Shown here in pieces: positions 1 to 12,000 of a stretch of 64,000 nucleotides of DNA. The notes below the pieces were generated by a model. That model was not told the DNA's origin. It saw only the letters and a program-made list of their open reading frames with translations, and did no database searches. Each line of letters starts with the position of its first letter. The first letter of the stretch is position 1. Both the position numbers and the translations under genes were made by a program. Source of the stretch: Phallusia mammillata (lineage: Eukaryota); assembly GCA_965637545.1 (NCBI GenBank), contig OZ281496.1:9796001-9860000 (forward strand), in the 5' to 3' direction.

Positions 1-1850
1 AACCATTTAATTTTACCTAAATCCGACCGTGTTTGAGAGGTAGTTAGTTATGCCACGAGCGAGTTTATCTTATTGCATGAGTGGTCTTGCCAAATGTGAC
101 CTACTTTTATTGCGAATTAACCATTGTGCCCATGAAAATAAGCATGACGTTCGTTTGTCATTTCCGTTTCGCTAAACTGAACAATCTGAGAGTTGTCGAG
201 CATATTCCCACTGCAATTCCAAGTTGACTCGTGAAAACTGTTTAATATGATCTCTGCTTGTTTGTTTTTTGGAGCTAACAAGGCATACCGAAAGCGAACT
301 ATTCCATCGCTTAAACGGCAATACCTACGGAAATAAGGATTATGTACGCTTATGCTTTATTCTCGCTACGCTTTATTCTATTGCTTTATCGGTCGTTGGT
401 ACGAAAATAGGAAAGATGTACGTTGTGATTCCAGTCTCGCTGACCTGAAAAATCTGAAACTTAGCGAGCATTTTCTAACTGCAACTTCAAGTTGACTTGA
501 AAAAAAAAACCTTTAATTTTCTTTCAATTCGTTCGTGTTTTGTAGTCAATAAGGTATGCATAAAGCGAACTATTCTATTGCTTTGAAGGCGATACCTATG
601 AAAATAAGAATAATGTACGCTTCTGGTTTCCGTCACGGTAATCTGAACATCAAGAAACTTCGCGAGCATATTTTCACTGCAATTCCAAGTTGGCTCGTGA
701 AAACCGTTTAAATTTATCTTTGTTCGTACGTGTTTTCGAACCAATAAGTTATGGTAAGAGCGAGGTGCTCTTGTGGCGTTAACAGTCGTGTTAGCAGAAA
801 TAAATATAGTGTTATTTCGGTTTTGCTAACCTGAACTATCTGAAACTTTTGAATATTTTCTCACTGCAATTTTCAGTTGGCTTGAAAAATCCGTTTAATT
901 TTATCTCAGTTGTTGTTGTTTTGTAGCCAATAATGTATACTAAATTCCAACTCATTTGTGTCGCATTAAGCATTGTGCCAATGAAAACAAGTATGACCTT
1001 CGCTTGTCATTTCCGTTTCGCTATCCTAAAAAAACTGAAACTTTGGGAGCAGTATCTGACTGCAAATCCAAGTTGACTCGTGAAAAATGTTGAATTTTAT
1101 CTCTGTTTGTTTGTATTTTAGAGCTAATAAGGTATACAGAAAGCAAACTATTCTATCGCCTTAACGCCAATACCTACGAAAATAAGAATGATGTACGCCT
1201 GTGCTTTCCGTCTCGCAAACCTAAACAATCTGAAACTTGGCAAACATTTTCTAACAGCAATTCCAAGTTGACTTGCAAAAACCGTTTAATTTTATCTCAA
1301 TTCGTTCGTGTTTTGTAGTCAATAAGATATGCAGAAAGCGAACTATTCTATTGCCTTATCGGTCGTTGGTACGAAAATAGGAAAGATGTACGTTGTGATT
1401 CCCGTCTCGCTGACCTGAAAAATCTGAAACTTTGCGAGCATTTTCTCTCTACAATTCCAAATTGGCTCGTGAAAACCGTTTAATTTTATCTTTGTTCGTT
1501 CGTGTTTTGGAACCAATGAGATATGGTAAGAGCGAGGTGTTTCTGTTGCGTCAACGGACGTCTTTGGAAAAATAAATATGATGTTATTTCGGTTTTGCTA
1601 ACCGCAACAAGGTGAAACTTTGCGAGCAGTATCTGACTGCAGTTTCAAGTTGGTTCGTGGAAACCGTTTAATTTTATTTTTGTTCGTTCGTGTTTTCGAA
1701 CCAATACGTTATGATAAAAGCGAAGTGCTCTTGTTGCGTTAACAGTCGTGTTAGCAGAATTAAATATAATGTTATTTCGGTTTTGCTAACCTGAACAATA
1801 TGAAACTTTTGAGCATTTTCTATTTTGGGTTGGCTTGTAAAATCTCTTTT
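1..1850. repeat. Degenerate ~190-bp tandem satellite (array 1, continues off the left edge)
   Basis: The motif ctgcaattccaagttggctcgtgaaaaccgtttaattttatct..gttcgtgtttt recurs near 211, 478, 678, 865, 1060, 1257, 1452 and 1638, mostly at ~186-197 bp spacing. The same family is at 36240-37745 and 59331-59700. Confidence 0.85.
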
Positions 1851-2805
1851 AATTTGGTAAAAAAACTTTTTAATAAAATCGATAATCAATGAAGGTACAA
1901 AAACCTCCTTTTTATTCTGCTTCCTTCGTTTTTTTTCGTTTTTTTCAACGAGATGTTTAGAAGATTTTTCTTAAAATAGTGTAGGATCATGTACTATAAT
2001 TTAACCATAAGTAGTGTGGTTTAGAACATTTATTCTTCTTTTTTTTCATTTATTATCCGATACAGATGTCCGCAAATTATAATTATATTTGAAAACTAGT
2101 TATACATAATGTGATATACGATTTTAAAATAATGCTATTCGATATATAGCAGAAATTATTTGTGAGGAACAAACACTTTGGACACGTTGATGAATCCAAG
2201 ATTGCAAGGACGGAACCTTAATTATCAATTAAAATATAGAAATTAGGTTACTTCTGAGTCATGGAAACTAAGCATAAGTTAAAGTGTAAAACAAATATTT
2301 GATCGAGCAACCATGCATTTGTGGTATTTCCAATACTTTATAAACAACGAAACACTTAAGGTTAATTTTTATGTTAACAAATTTAATCAACATGATTGTC
2401 CGTCATAGGTTTTTTCTATGTGATAAATCTCTTTGTGATGGTGAGGACATTTTCAATTTCGGTGCACAACCTGTGAGTGACGGAGATGTCCGAACTGACT
2501 GTATTGTGTTTTAACATGCACATACATTCAAATATACCAAGACAAGCCTAAATGACTTTAGGATTTTCCTGTTGTCACAATTTTGTAAATGCAACCATAC
2601 TGAGGGCTTTGTGTTTTTGCGTAACGGTCTAAAGCCTATATCTTTACGTCGAAATCAATGCTAAAAAGTCTAAATCCTGCGCAAGGTTTCTGTAAAGGTT
2701 TTTCAGGGCATTAATACAAATAACAAAAGCAAAAAAACACCCGACAGCCTGAAACCTGCAAACTGATCAACCTATTCCCACTTCAACTCAAAAACGTATT
2801 TACAC

Positions 2806-2811
2806 TTTATT
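2806..2811 (-). terminator. Candidate polyadenylation signal AATAAA of GPCR copy 1
   Basis: TTTATT on + about 220 bp past the stop codon. It is positionally conserved in copy 2 (38001-38006) and copy 3 (61754-61759). Confidence 0.6.
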
Positions 2812-3029
2812 AGGCCACGGTTAAAACAATTTACCACTGGTTGATTTTGCACAGGAATGCAATAGAACAATCAACGAGAAAAACGTGGAAAATCATTTAA
2901 AGAATTCAAACATTTTCCAGCAACTGAAACAGTAAAGACACGAAGATAAATATGTACATGGTTCACAAGATATTGTCAGTTCGGTATACAAGTCCAATTT
3001 GTCAATCCTATAACATGGTCATGTATCAT

Positions 3030-6000
3030 TTAAAGTGGGGTTTCGTCCACAACTATCACGTTCACTCGTCGGTCGGCTTCTGGCTGTTGACGTGGACGAA
3101 ACTCACGCAAGCGCTCACGAATATAATCATAGAGGATTTTCGGTGCGTTTGAGTAGATGAGAGGATTAAGGGAGCTGTTGATGGGAAGCAGGATTATTGC
3201 CGAAACTGCGTAGATCACTGGAGGTACAGTTGTTCCACCAAAGTTCAAGAAAGCCATGATCGAAATTGGAATCCAGCAGAAGAAATCGGTGAAGATCAGT
3301 CGGATGATTTTCTTTTGCATTTCTGGCAAACGCAAAATAGTTTTACTACTTTGCATTCATACACAAACACATCTCATTAGGTTTACCTTGGCTTTGTTTT
3401 TCTGCTCTTGGGTTTCTCACGCCCTCATTCACTTTCCTGCCACTGGATGTTGACTTTTTGTAAATCCAACTGTACGTCACTGCCACAAATAGAAAAGCCA
3501 AGAAGTTGAGTAAGATGATACCAAGTGAATATGCCCAAGCCTTATCGGTTGGCTTCACATAAAGTTTGCTGATGCAAACGCTGTTGGTGCTGTAGTATCT
3601 ACGAAACATATTGAGGGGGTAAAACGCTCAATACTTTACAACCCATCAGTTTTGCAACCACATACCCGAAATATCCTGCAATGTCAAACATTTCAGTGTA
3701 GTCATAATCTTTGAGAACATCCACAAAATCCGTCCAGGAATAAGCATTTTCTAGCTTCACAATTGCAGTTTCATACTGCTGGGAATCGTTAAGAGTGAAA
3801 TTGTGTTGAAAACCTACAAACTGCTCCATGAAATTCTCCATGCCTACACAAAATGTAACATTTTAATCTAAATCAATAAATAACTATGATTTGAATGGAT
3901 GTACAAAATCTTACTTGAATAGTCCACTGCAGCACTTTGGAAAAACGGGTTTTCCTTCATCCACGCTTTGGTTTCAAACAAATGTTGGAATTCAGATGTG
4001 AGAGGAATAAATGCCAGAGTGAATGAAATTGACCACGACAATAGAATGGTAAGGATGACAACTTTAAGCTTTGGGTGTAGAGATGCGTTGAAAGGCTGCA
4101 AAATATCTTTCATTGTTTGACAAAGCATGGATCTGCATATACAGAACTGAATTACTTACGTATTTTACAGCATAGAGTCGAAATGATGTCAGCAGAACCA
4201 TTGTAAATACTGAGGTTTCGCTGGAAAGCAAAACCAATATTCCCATTGTAGTGCAACTTCCACTTGACCTCCAAACAAGGTCATTGGCGCAGTATTTTCC
4301 AGAGTAGTTAACACCAGCTGCGCCCAGCATGATCAGATAAACTCCCATGAGCAGGTCAGAAACAGAAAGATTGAGGACAAGAAGATGGTTGGTGCGAAAT
4401 GCAGCTGTTTGTGATTCTGTTGTCATCAGGGTTTTTGCTTCCGTAACCATGACGACCTGTGATGTAATTGCAAAGCTCAAACGTGATACTTTATGTGTTA
4501 TTGTCATTTGCATTACATGCGGTATAAGTAAAACAAGTCTAAACATACCAAATTTCCAAAGATTGCAAGAAAGCCCATGATCCACACAACAGCTCGTAAA
4601 AATGGATTAGCGATCAGCTCGTATCGCGAGGAGAAAATGTTCTCATCTGTTCTTGTCGATTTTGATGGACATTCGTCACTCCAGTCAGAACAATCTCCAA
4701 ATCCGTTGAACTTCTGTTGGTTTGCAACACTATTATGATGAAAACTGAAATTACCCAGTAGTCATTGCATGTAGTAATACTTTTTCCTTTTTAACAAAGA
4801 GTGGTTGTTTGTTTTCGCAGTAGAACCTTCCGTCACTCGTGCAGTTTTTTTCGTCACTTTGATCATCGCAATTTATAGTGAAATCACAAATCTCTGCGTT
4901 GCTAATGGAAACCTGAAAACAAAGAGTTATGTTGCAATCAAAAATCATTAACTTGTAAAAATACCTACCTTAGCTCCATTTAACGCTGAGCAATAGAATC
5001 TATCCTGTTTTGTGCAATTTTTAGTTTGTTCGTCACTCTTGTCTTTGCAGTGGACAATGCCGTCACAAACTTTTGAAAGAAATTGATCTGGAATTTCGGA
5101 AGCAGTTTCGTCACTTCCGTCTTGACATTGCATGAAGCCATCGCAAACTTGAGATTGAGGGATGTTTGGAAGCCCATCAGTCGTGAGACAATGTTTGCGA
5201 TGTTTGCAAAGACGAGGATCCTCATCGTATTCAAACCATCGATCTTCGTAGCAAACACGAATTGGACAATCTATTTTCCCGTCGCACAACAGTTTGGTGT
5301 TTCGATATTGTTCCTTTCAACCGAATCATGCAAAACAATTTTGTCTCCAAAAAAAGCACAGACTTGTTACCTTACATATGTTGTGACAAACAAGCTGATA
5401 TAAACAGCTGCCCTCAATTTTACTTTAATTTACCCCACGCAATGTAAACATAAAAGACGTATTTTTCAAAAAATGTCGGTTCTTGATTGAGAAGAGTGTG
5501 GAGTCTCAAAACTGCAGCCCGAACAGGAAAATTCGTTGAAATTAAACTCAAAACATATCAAAAATTATAACAACGAAGGTAGAATTACTATAGTTATGTG
5601 GCCAATTGTGTGATGTTGTGTTTGAATTAAGTTGGAGAAATTACCCAGTTATCGGCACACCCGTTTCACTAAAATGGAAAAAGCTCGGCACGACTTACAA
5701 CTTTGTCGTGATCCGAAATTATATTGTTTTAAATGACCAATAATAAAATGTATATAAATATGGCATACTAAGTTAAATCGCAAATTATCATACTAAACCT
5801 TCGTCAGCAAAACGATTAATTAAAATATTAAAAAATCTATCTAATAAGTAAACAAAACGTTTAATGAAGTTTAGCAATACAGTGTATGGCAAGTATAAAC
5901 GGTGGTGCTTATCGAACAACATAAAGATAAAAACCAATCGCAAATCAACATTTAAGTGATAAGGAGATTTTCTTGTCGCGCTAGTTTCTTACCATCGTAA

Positions 6001-9000
6001 CAGTGTGGAATACAAAACCCTTGTCACCAGTGTAAAATCTAGTTTGCTTGGTTTAAATATTTAGTACGAAATCAGTGCGCCTCAGCAATTATTAAACCAT
6101 AAACAAAATTTTAAGATTGATCTTTATCAGATTGGGACAAATTAATCAATTTTTCATTTGCCAATTTTCTATCAGCATCGTGAATTTTATTATTTTGTAG
6201 CCATGATAACATTTGTTTACGGCGGGATTGAAACTCTAAAGCATAAACCGTGAAAATGTGTTATTTTTGTGCGATTATTTACATTGCGTGGCGAGTACCA
6301 ACTAACTTGTCTCACCACATTTATTCACTGTCGCATTAAAGCGGATAGATTCCAATCCACGGCCGAGAATAAGTTGAAATACGAAAAAAACTTTTTTTCT
6401 GCCGTTGTCAACTATTTTGTTCATATTACTGCTTTTTTACGTTTTTTTATTGCTAAACATTCAGTACCAGAATTATGTCCTCAAAAAGGCAGCAAAAATG
6501 TTTAGACAACTTTATTTCTTTTTGTAACTTACATCCAACCATGCTCCTATATAACTACTAATTCTAAAACAATTATGTACTGCATTCAAGTGGATAGATT
6601 AGCATCAAGATTCAGAGCATAAAACATATAACACAACTTAAATGCTTACCCCACGCCCGTACCAACAATACCAACTGCCTTTAAGAATGGTGTCGGTTGG
6701 GGTTGAGTTTGAGCAATCGGCCTCCACACTCTCATTACCACTAAACATATTCACATTATTTGCCACAAAACCACTTACTATGTCCACATATTAAACCAGT
6801 GGCTTTCAACCTTCAACCATGTCGCGACACATTTTAGCAACCAAATGTAACTTGTGACTCACTTTCAAAGGTTTTCATATTTATTTAATAATCACTAGAA
6901 CAAACTCTCACATTGTGCAAAAAGAATGGGTCTGATCAGCTTGCTGGTCCGTTCGGTTTAAAATATCTTGTTACAACACACTGACACACAACATCTACTA
7001 TAAGTGTTTTGGTGTTTTGACATTCGTTTGCCCACGAGGTGCTGTGGCATTTGCGTTGAATTATCTACTGTATAAAGATGCAAGTTGCGTAATAAAGGTA
7101 TTGCTTTGCATGGCGCGGTCATAATGGAAAAAAATGGGTTGAAATCAAGTGGTTTGACTGTTTTATTGCTTTTATATGTTTTCAACATGTTATTGCTGAT
7201 AAATATTTGATGTTAATCAAAAGGTCCCGCGACCCCCAGTAAAACGGCAAACGACGCCCACGGGATTCGCGGTCTGCGGGTTGAAACCACTGTATTAAAC
7301 AAACGTATTCAAAAAATGACCATTTGCGACCTTAAAAACTGTGTACACACGTACATTGAAAACTTTCCACAATTCTTAACTTCAGTCGTTTCGCAAAGAC
7401 ACTCATCGCTCTTATCCGGACAGTCGATGACGTCATCACACACACTTGACCTTGAAATAGTCGTGGGGTCGTTTATGCACTGGAAGCACAAACTGTGATT
7501 GAAGGTGACAGAAGGCAAACTGCGAATATCTCTGCAAAAGAAGAAAACAGTTGAAAATTCTGGTTGAATAGCTTAGTGTTACTATCATTTGAACTTACCT
7601 GGGATTTTCTGTTAGTTTTTCGTCAACCGATGAAAAGCAGAAATCAGCTGAATCGTCGCAATCCTGGATGGTATCATACAACAACTGCTGAGGCAACGTA
7701 CACGTTTTACCGTTTCTGACACACTTGAAGCCGTGTCCGTTTGCTCGGGGCAACGAAGGGCAGTTGTTACATGGATCGCCATCACACACTGATGAACGCT
7801 TCCAGCAAACCGATTCCGAACACCAAAAGTGGGAGGGGCAGAGATTCTCACAGGGGGAATTTCCATCACATGGTGCAAGTGCATCGCATACGTCACTTTT
7901 TGTCAAAGCACAGGAAGTGTTGGTTGGATCCAGTATATTGTGACAAACTCCATCAATGTCGAAACATTCACATCTAAACAAATCGTATCTTTCCTACAGG
8001 AGTTTTCTAACAACAAATAAACAAACCTACCTCTTATAGTTTGATAGAAGTTTGAGGTTTTTACACATTTCTGGAACTTTTTCATCACAACTACATTCAT
8101 CGCTCATATCAGGACAATCTTGGATGCCATTACACACACTTGATCTTGCAATGATCATTGAGTCATTTTCACATTGAAAGCACAATTGATTGTTGAATGT
8201 GCCCAACGAAGATTGCCGAAAGTCTCTACAAACGCAGTAATAGTTATACATTTTGACAAATGACCAATATATATTTGAGAGATGTTTGCTTATGAATTTG
8301 CTGTACTTGTGCAGATAAATGTGATGGGCAATTTGCTTCAAGAAATTTCAGCTTGAAAACCAATGAATCTGCGTCTGTATTTTATTGGTTTTACGAAAAC
8401 AAATGCATTTCGCTTTTAGAAGCAAAATCAGTGTCAATATAAAAACGGGATAACAGCAATAAATCAAGCAAAAACAATTCAAAAATGTACATACGCACAG
8501 GCCAACCGCAAGAAACGCACAAGTTAAGCATCCGGCACGATGACCGGTTGCCCCTTGTGAGTTGAGGGTAACAGCCAACGAAGTCAACAGATTTTAAGGC
8601 GGATCTAGTCCGGCTTTAGAAGTTTTGTCGGCTCCCCGGTATCAGAAGTTGGCTCTAGAACGAAAATCCACTCATCCTTCCTCTGTGCACACTTCCTTGC
8701 CTCCCTTTCCCTCCCGCCGCTGCCCGTTGGGCCCTTGTCAGTGCCACTAATGCTTGGAGATTTTTCGAGAATTGACTGCACCCCCCTTTTTACCCACCTT
8801 CCGCGCGTGCTTACACCACAAAGGGAAGTCATCTACCTTTCCCCAACCGGCAACCGCGCCCTAGTGGTAGATGGTCCGGTCCTCCTTCCTCCTATCTGTG
8901 CGTCCTTAAGACGTACGGAAACCCCTCCCCCCACAACCGTCCCTAGTTGGCTCAAACCTGGCCCTTTCAGGACCCCTGCCCGGTAGAACTAAACAGTCTG

Positions 9001-12000
9001 GACCCTACGCTCCTGGAGCATACATCTGCTGCATTTGTTTATTTACCGATAAAGGACAGTTTCTACGTGGTATATCACAAACTGAGATCCTTGCAAGCAC
9101 TGACTAATTTGCATAAATTGACGACAATGGTCAATTTCGACAACATACGTTATAGGTCGAGACCATTTCGACCATGACGTCAGCAAAAGGCTGAGTTCCC
9201 ACGGCGTGCAACAAAGTTGTCCACCAAGGTCTCCTGGGGGGTTCCTGCCTTCAGTAGGTAGACAGAGGTTTTGGCTAAGTTGTCAACCAAGAAATCGAGG
9301 CATTTTATTTATGAAATGCTTGGTGAAATCAATTTTCCTATCCGCAACTTGGAGGGAATTGTCGAACGACACGGGGGTCTAGCAGAGTTTACATGCAGAA
9401 CCCGCGAGAGCTTGCAGAGAAGCTGAAGAGGTCGATTTCGCCCGTTTGCACGATCTCAAAAGGACGGCAGTTTTGGTCACAGAAATACCGTTGTGTTTCT
9501 CCGTTGATGAGGATAGCGGGTACCTCGCCTCTAGACATGCCACTGTCAAAAAGGCAGAAACAGTAAAAACCGTTGCGGGACCAAGATGGAAAACGAGGTT
9601 TTGACCTCAAGACGGCCGAGTTGAGAGAAAACTCAATAGGCTCGAGAATACGAATCGAGGGATTCTCATTTTACGTGTGGTATGAAGGACAACCCCACTG
9701 TGTTTTGTATGCAGAAAATTCGGGCACATGCGGGACACTTGTGAAGTATTCTATAGCCGCGACGAAAATTTTCGACACTAGGAGACAATCGTGCACGGAG
9801 AGGCGGGCCTCAAATGAACTCCACTCCCATTCAGAATCCGAAGGATACGATTCCTCCTTCAAATGCCCCAGATGTTGCTGCGAGCAGTGCCCCTCTAGCT
9901 AATGTTGCCATAGAGGGTCCTGTCGCCCTCCAAGATGGCGACACAGACGCTGAAGAAAATAATGAGGGTGTTTTGGAGGCCGCCAACTTCGCCGAAGAGA
10001 ATCAGAATCTCGGGGCCGTGTCTCGGACGCCCCGTTGAAGATGACGGAAAGATGGAGACCTTCGCCCCCGCAGACCAACAACCGAATTGTGAAGGCCGCG
10101 TCTCTGACGCCTCCGCCAAAGACAACATGTATCCTGAAGGCCGCGTCTCGGGCGCCCCCGCTAAAGTCAACATGCATCCTGGAGGCAGCGTTTCGGACGC
10201 CCCCGCCAAAGACGGACTACCAAAAAGCAGCGGAATAGAAATGCCCAAGAAGAAGAACCCTTGGGACGGCCTACTATTGGGAGATCCTGCACTGATTCAC
10301 GAACTAAAATTACTGACTAATTCTACCCAAATAAGCACAAATAGCAAAGAGGAGGAAGAAGAAACGTTCATAAAACGCATGCACTCCTCCTCCGGCTCCT
10401 CAACATCGAGCGCGCACTCCAGCAAACAGCGATCCAATCAAATAGCGCTTGTTTTGTAATTGTTTACTTTTGTTTTCGTTATATATAGGCGCCTACGTCT
10501 GTTCTGTCTCGTATGCCTCTGAATGACCGATTTATCGACCAATCATACAGGACCTTTTATTTATTTTTGATTTGCACCATATGCGCTCTCCAACTTATAA
10601 GTTTATCCATATGCCATATCTCTGAATTGACGCTACGCGATCCAATCAAATAGGGCTTGTTTTGTAATTGTGTGCCTTTTGTTTTTGTTATATACGTACC
10701 TACGCGTGTTCTGCCTCGTATGCCTGTTAACATGTTGTATGTATTGCAATGTAGGCGCTATTCAGTGCGTTTTTTGGTCCGTATTGCGTGCTTTTTGTAT
10801 ATTTTTTCGAAGTATGCGCTCTTGTGCACGTTCTTTCTGGGAAGCCTCTGATTGGCCGTTTCGTGGACCAATCACACAGTGCTTCTCGTTTCTTCAGTGT
10901 TTACATCTTTAGCGCCCTTTCGTTTTTGTTTTCTGTGTTGGTTGGAAATGTTTTTGTTCGTTAACTTCTTATGTTTTGTTTGTTTACATCCGTATCAACC
11001 CTTTATAGTACTTGTTTTGTTTATATATTATGTATAGTGTGCGACATATGCGCGCCAATAAAAGATTTAGGCGCCCATCAAATTTAGCCATTTATTTTCA
11101 AAAAACATTCAACTATTCAGTGCGATGTTGCTCTATAAAACCACATTGTAACACTGTGAAATACCTAACTTTTTGCAAGTCGGAAATGATTACCGTGGTA
11201 ATGCTGATGAAGGACCCTACACTTATGTCAGACGTCCGCGAACAGCTCGATGTAGACTCCATCGGATTAAAAACTAATTTTTGTTTGACTGACTGACATA
11301 TTGTTTTTTCCAAACACGTGGCAACGTATATGCCGTAGATTCGACGTATATACTGTAGCTTCCTTTCGGAAGGAACGTTTTGCTCCCAAACTTCCAAAAG
11401 CAGACACCGGAACGAAAACGAATTGTTTGGGCTACTTCCTTCACCAACATTTTGCAACCAACTGACAGGGAAAGGCAATTGAAGTCATCGGCGTGTATTG
11501 CGTACAAGCGACCTTTCACTATCGGCGTGTGTACTGTACAAGCGACCTTTCACCATCGGCGCTGCCTTAATGCGATACCACAAATTAGCGCACGACACAG
11601 AAAATTGCGAAACAGGATCTTATATTGTGGCAACCACGCCAAAGCCAACCGAATGGTTTTTCCGGTGACTGACTTGCGATCGCAACCAAGATTTTTTCAC
11701 CTACGTCAGCGACTTACGTTTTGAAAATACCGCATACATTGTCACGTGTTTGGAATGTGAAGAGCAATATGTCAGTCAAACAAAAATTAGTTTTTAACCC
11801 GATGGACCTTACATCGAGCTGTTAGCGGACGTCTGACATAAGTGTAGGGGGCTTTCTTCAGCATTTGCGCAGTAAACATTTCCATTTTTTTCAAAAAGTT
11901 ACATATTCCACAGTGTTACAATCAGACTGGTTGGATGTTTGTGAAAATAAATGGCGTAATTTGATGGCGCCACAATCCATATTCAGGCGATGGTCCTTCC

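Larger units (their letters stand above)
9180..11040 (+). mobile_element. Degenerate Tx1/L1-type LINE ORF1 relic with CCHC zinc knuckle
   Basis: ..GSRIRIEGFSFYVWYEGQP (ends 9695), then after a frameshift CFVCRKFGHMRDTC (9701-9742, CX2CX4HX4C). A Pro/Ala-rich tail and a T-rich 3' region follow. There are several frameshifts and no recognisable endonuclease or RT. Confidence 0.7.

Noticed and set aside
1-1850. CRISPR-like repeat/spacer array
   Set aside because: The units are ~190 bp and degenerate along their whole length, with no short identical repeats, unique spacers or cas genes. The context is eukaryotic and intron-containing.
5314-5345. In-frame TGA codons (5317-5319, 5326-5328) aligned with TGT in copy 2, as possible selenocysteine or pseudogenisation
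   Set aside because: Both lie upstream of the AG acceptor used at the same position in both copies (equal 345-bp exon), so they are intronic. No SECIS evidence was seen.
2952-5447. Plus-strand ORFs overlapping the GPCR exons (also 38142-38711, 61898-62395 and similar)
   Set aside because: They are antisense shadows of real minus-strand exons, with no independent motifs and inconsistent ends between paralogues.
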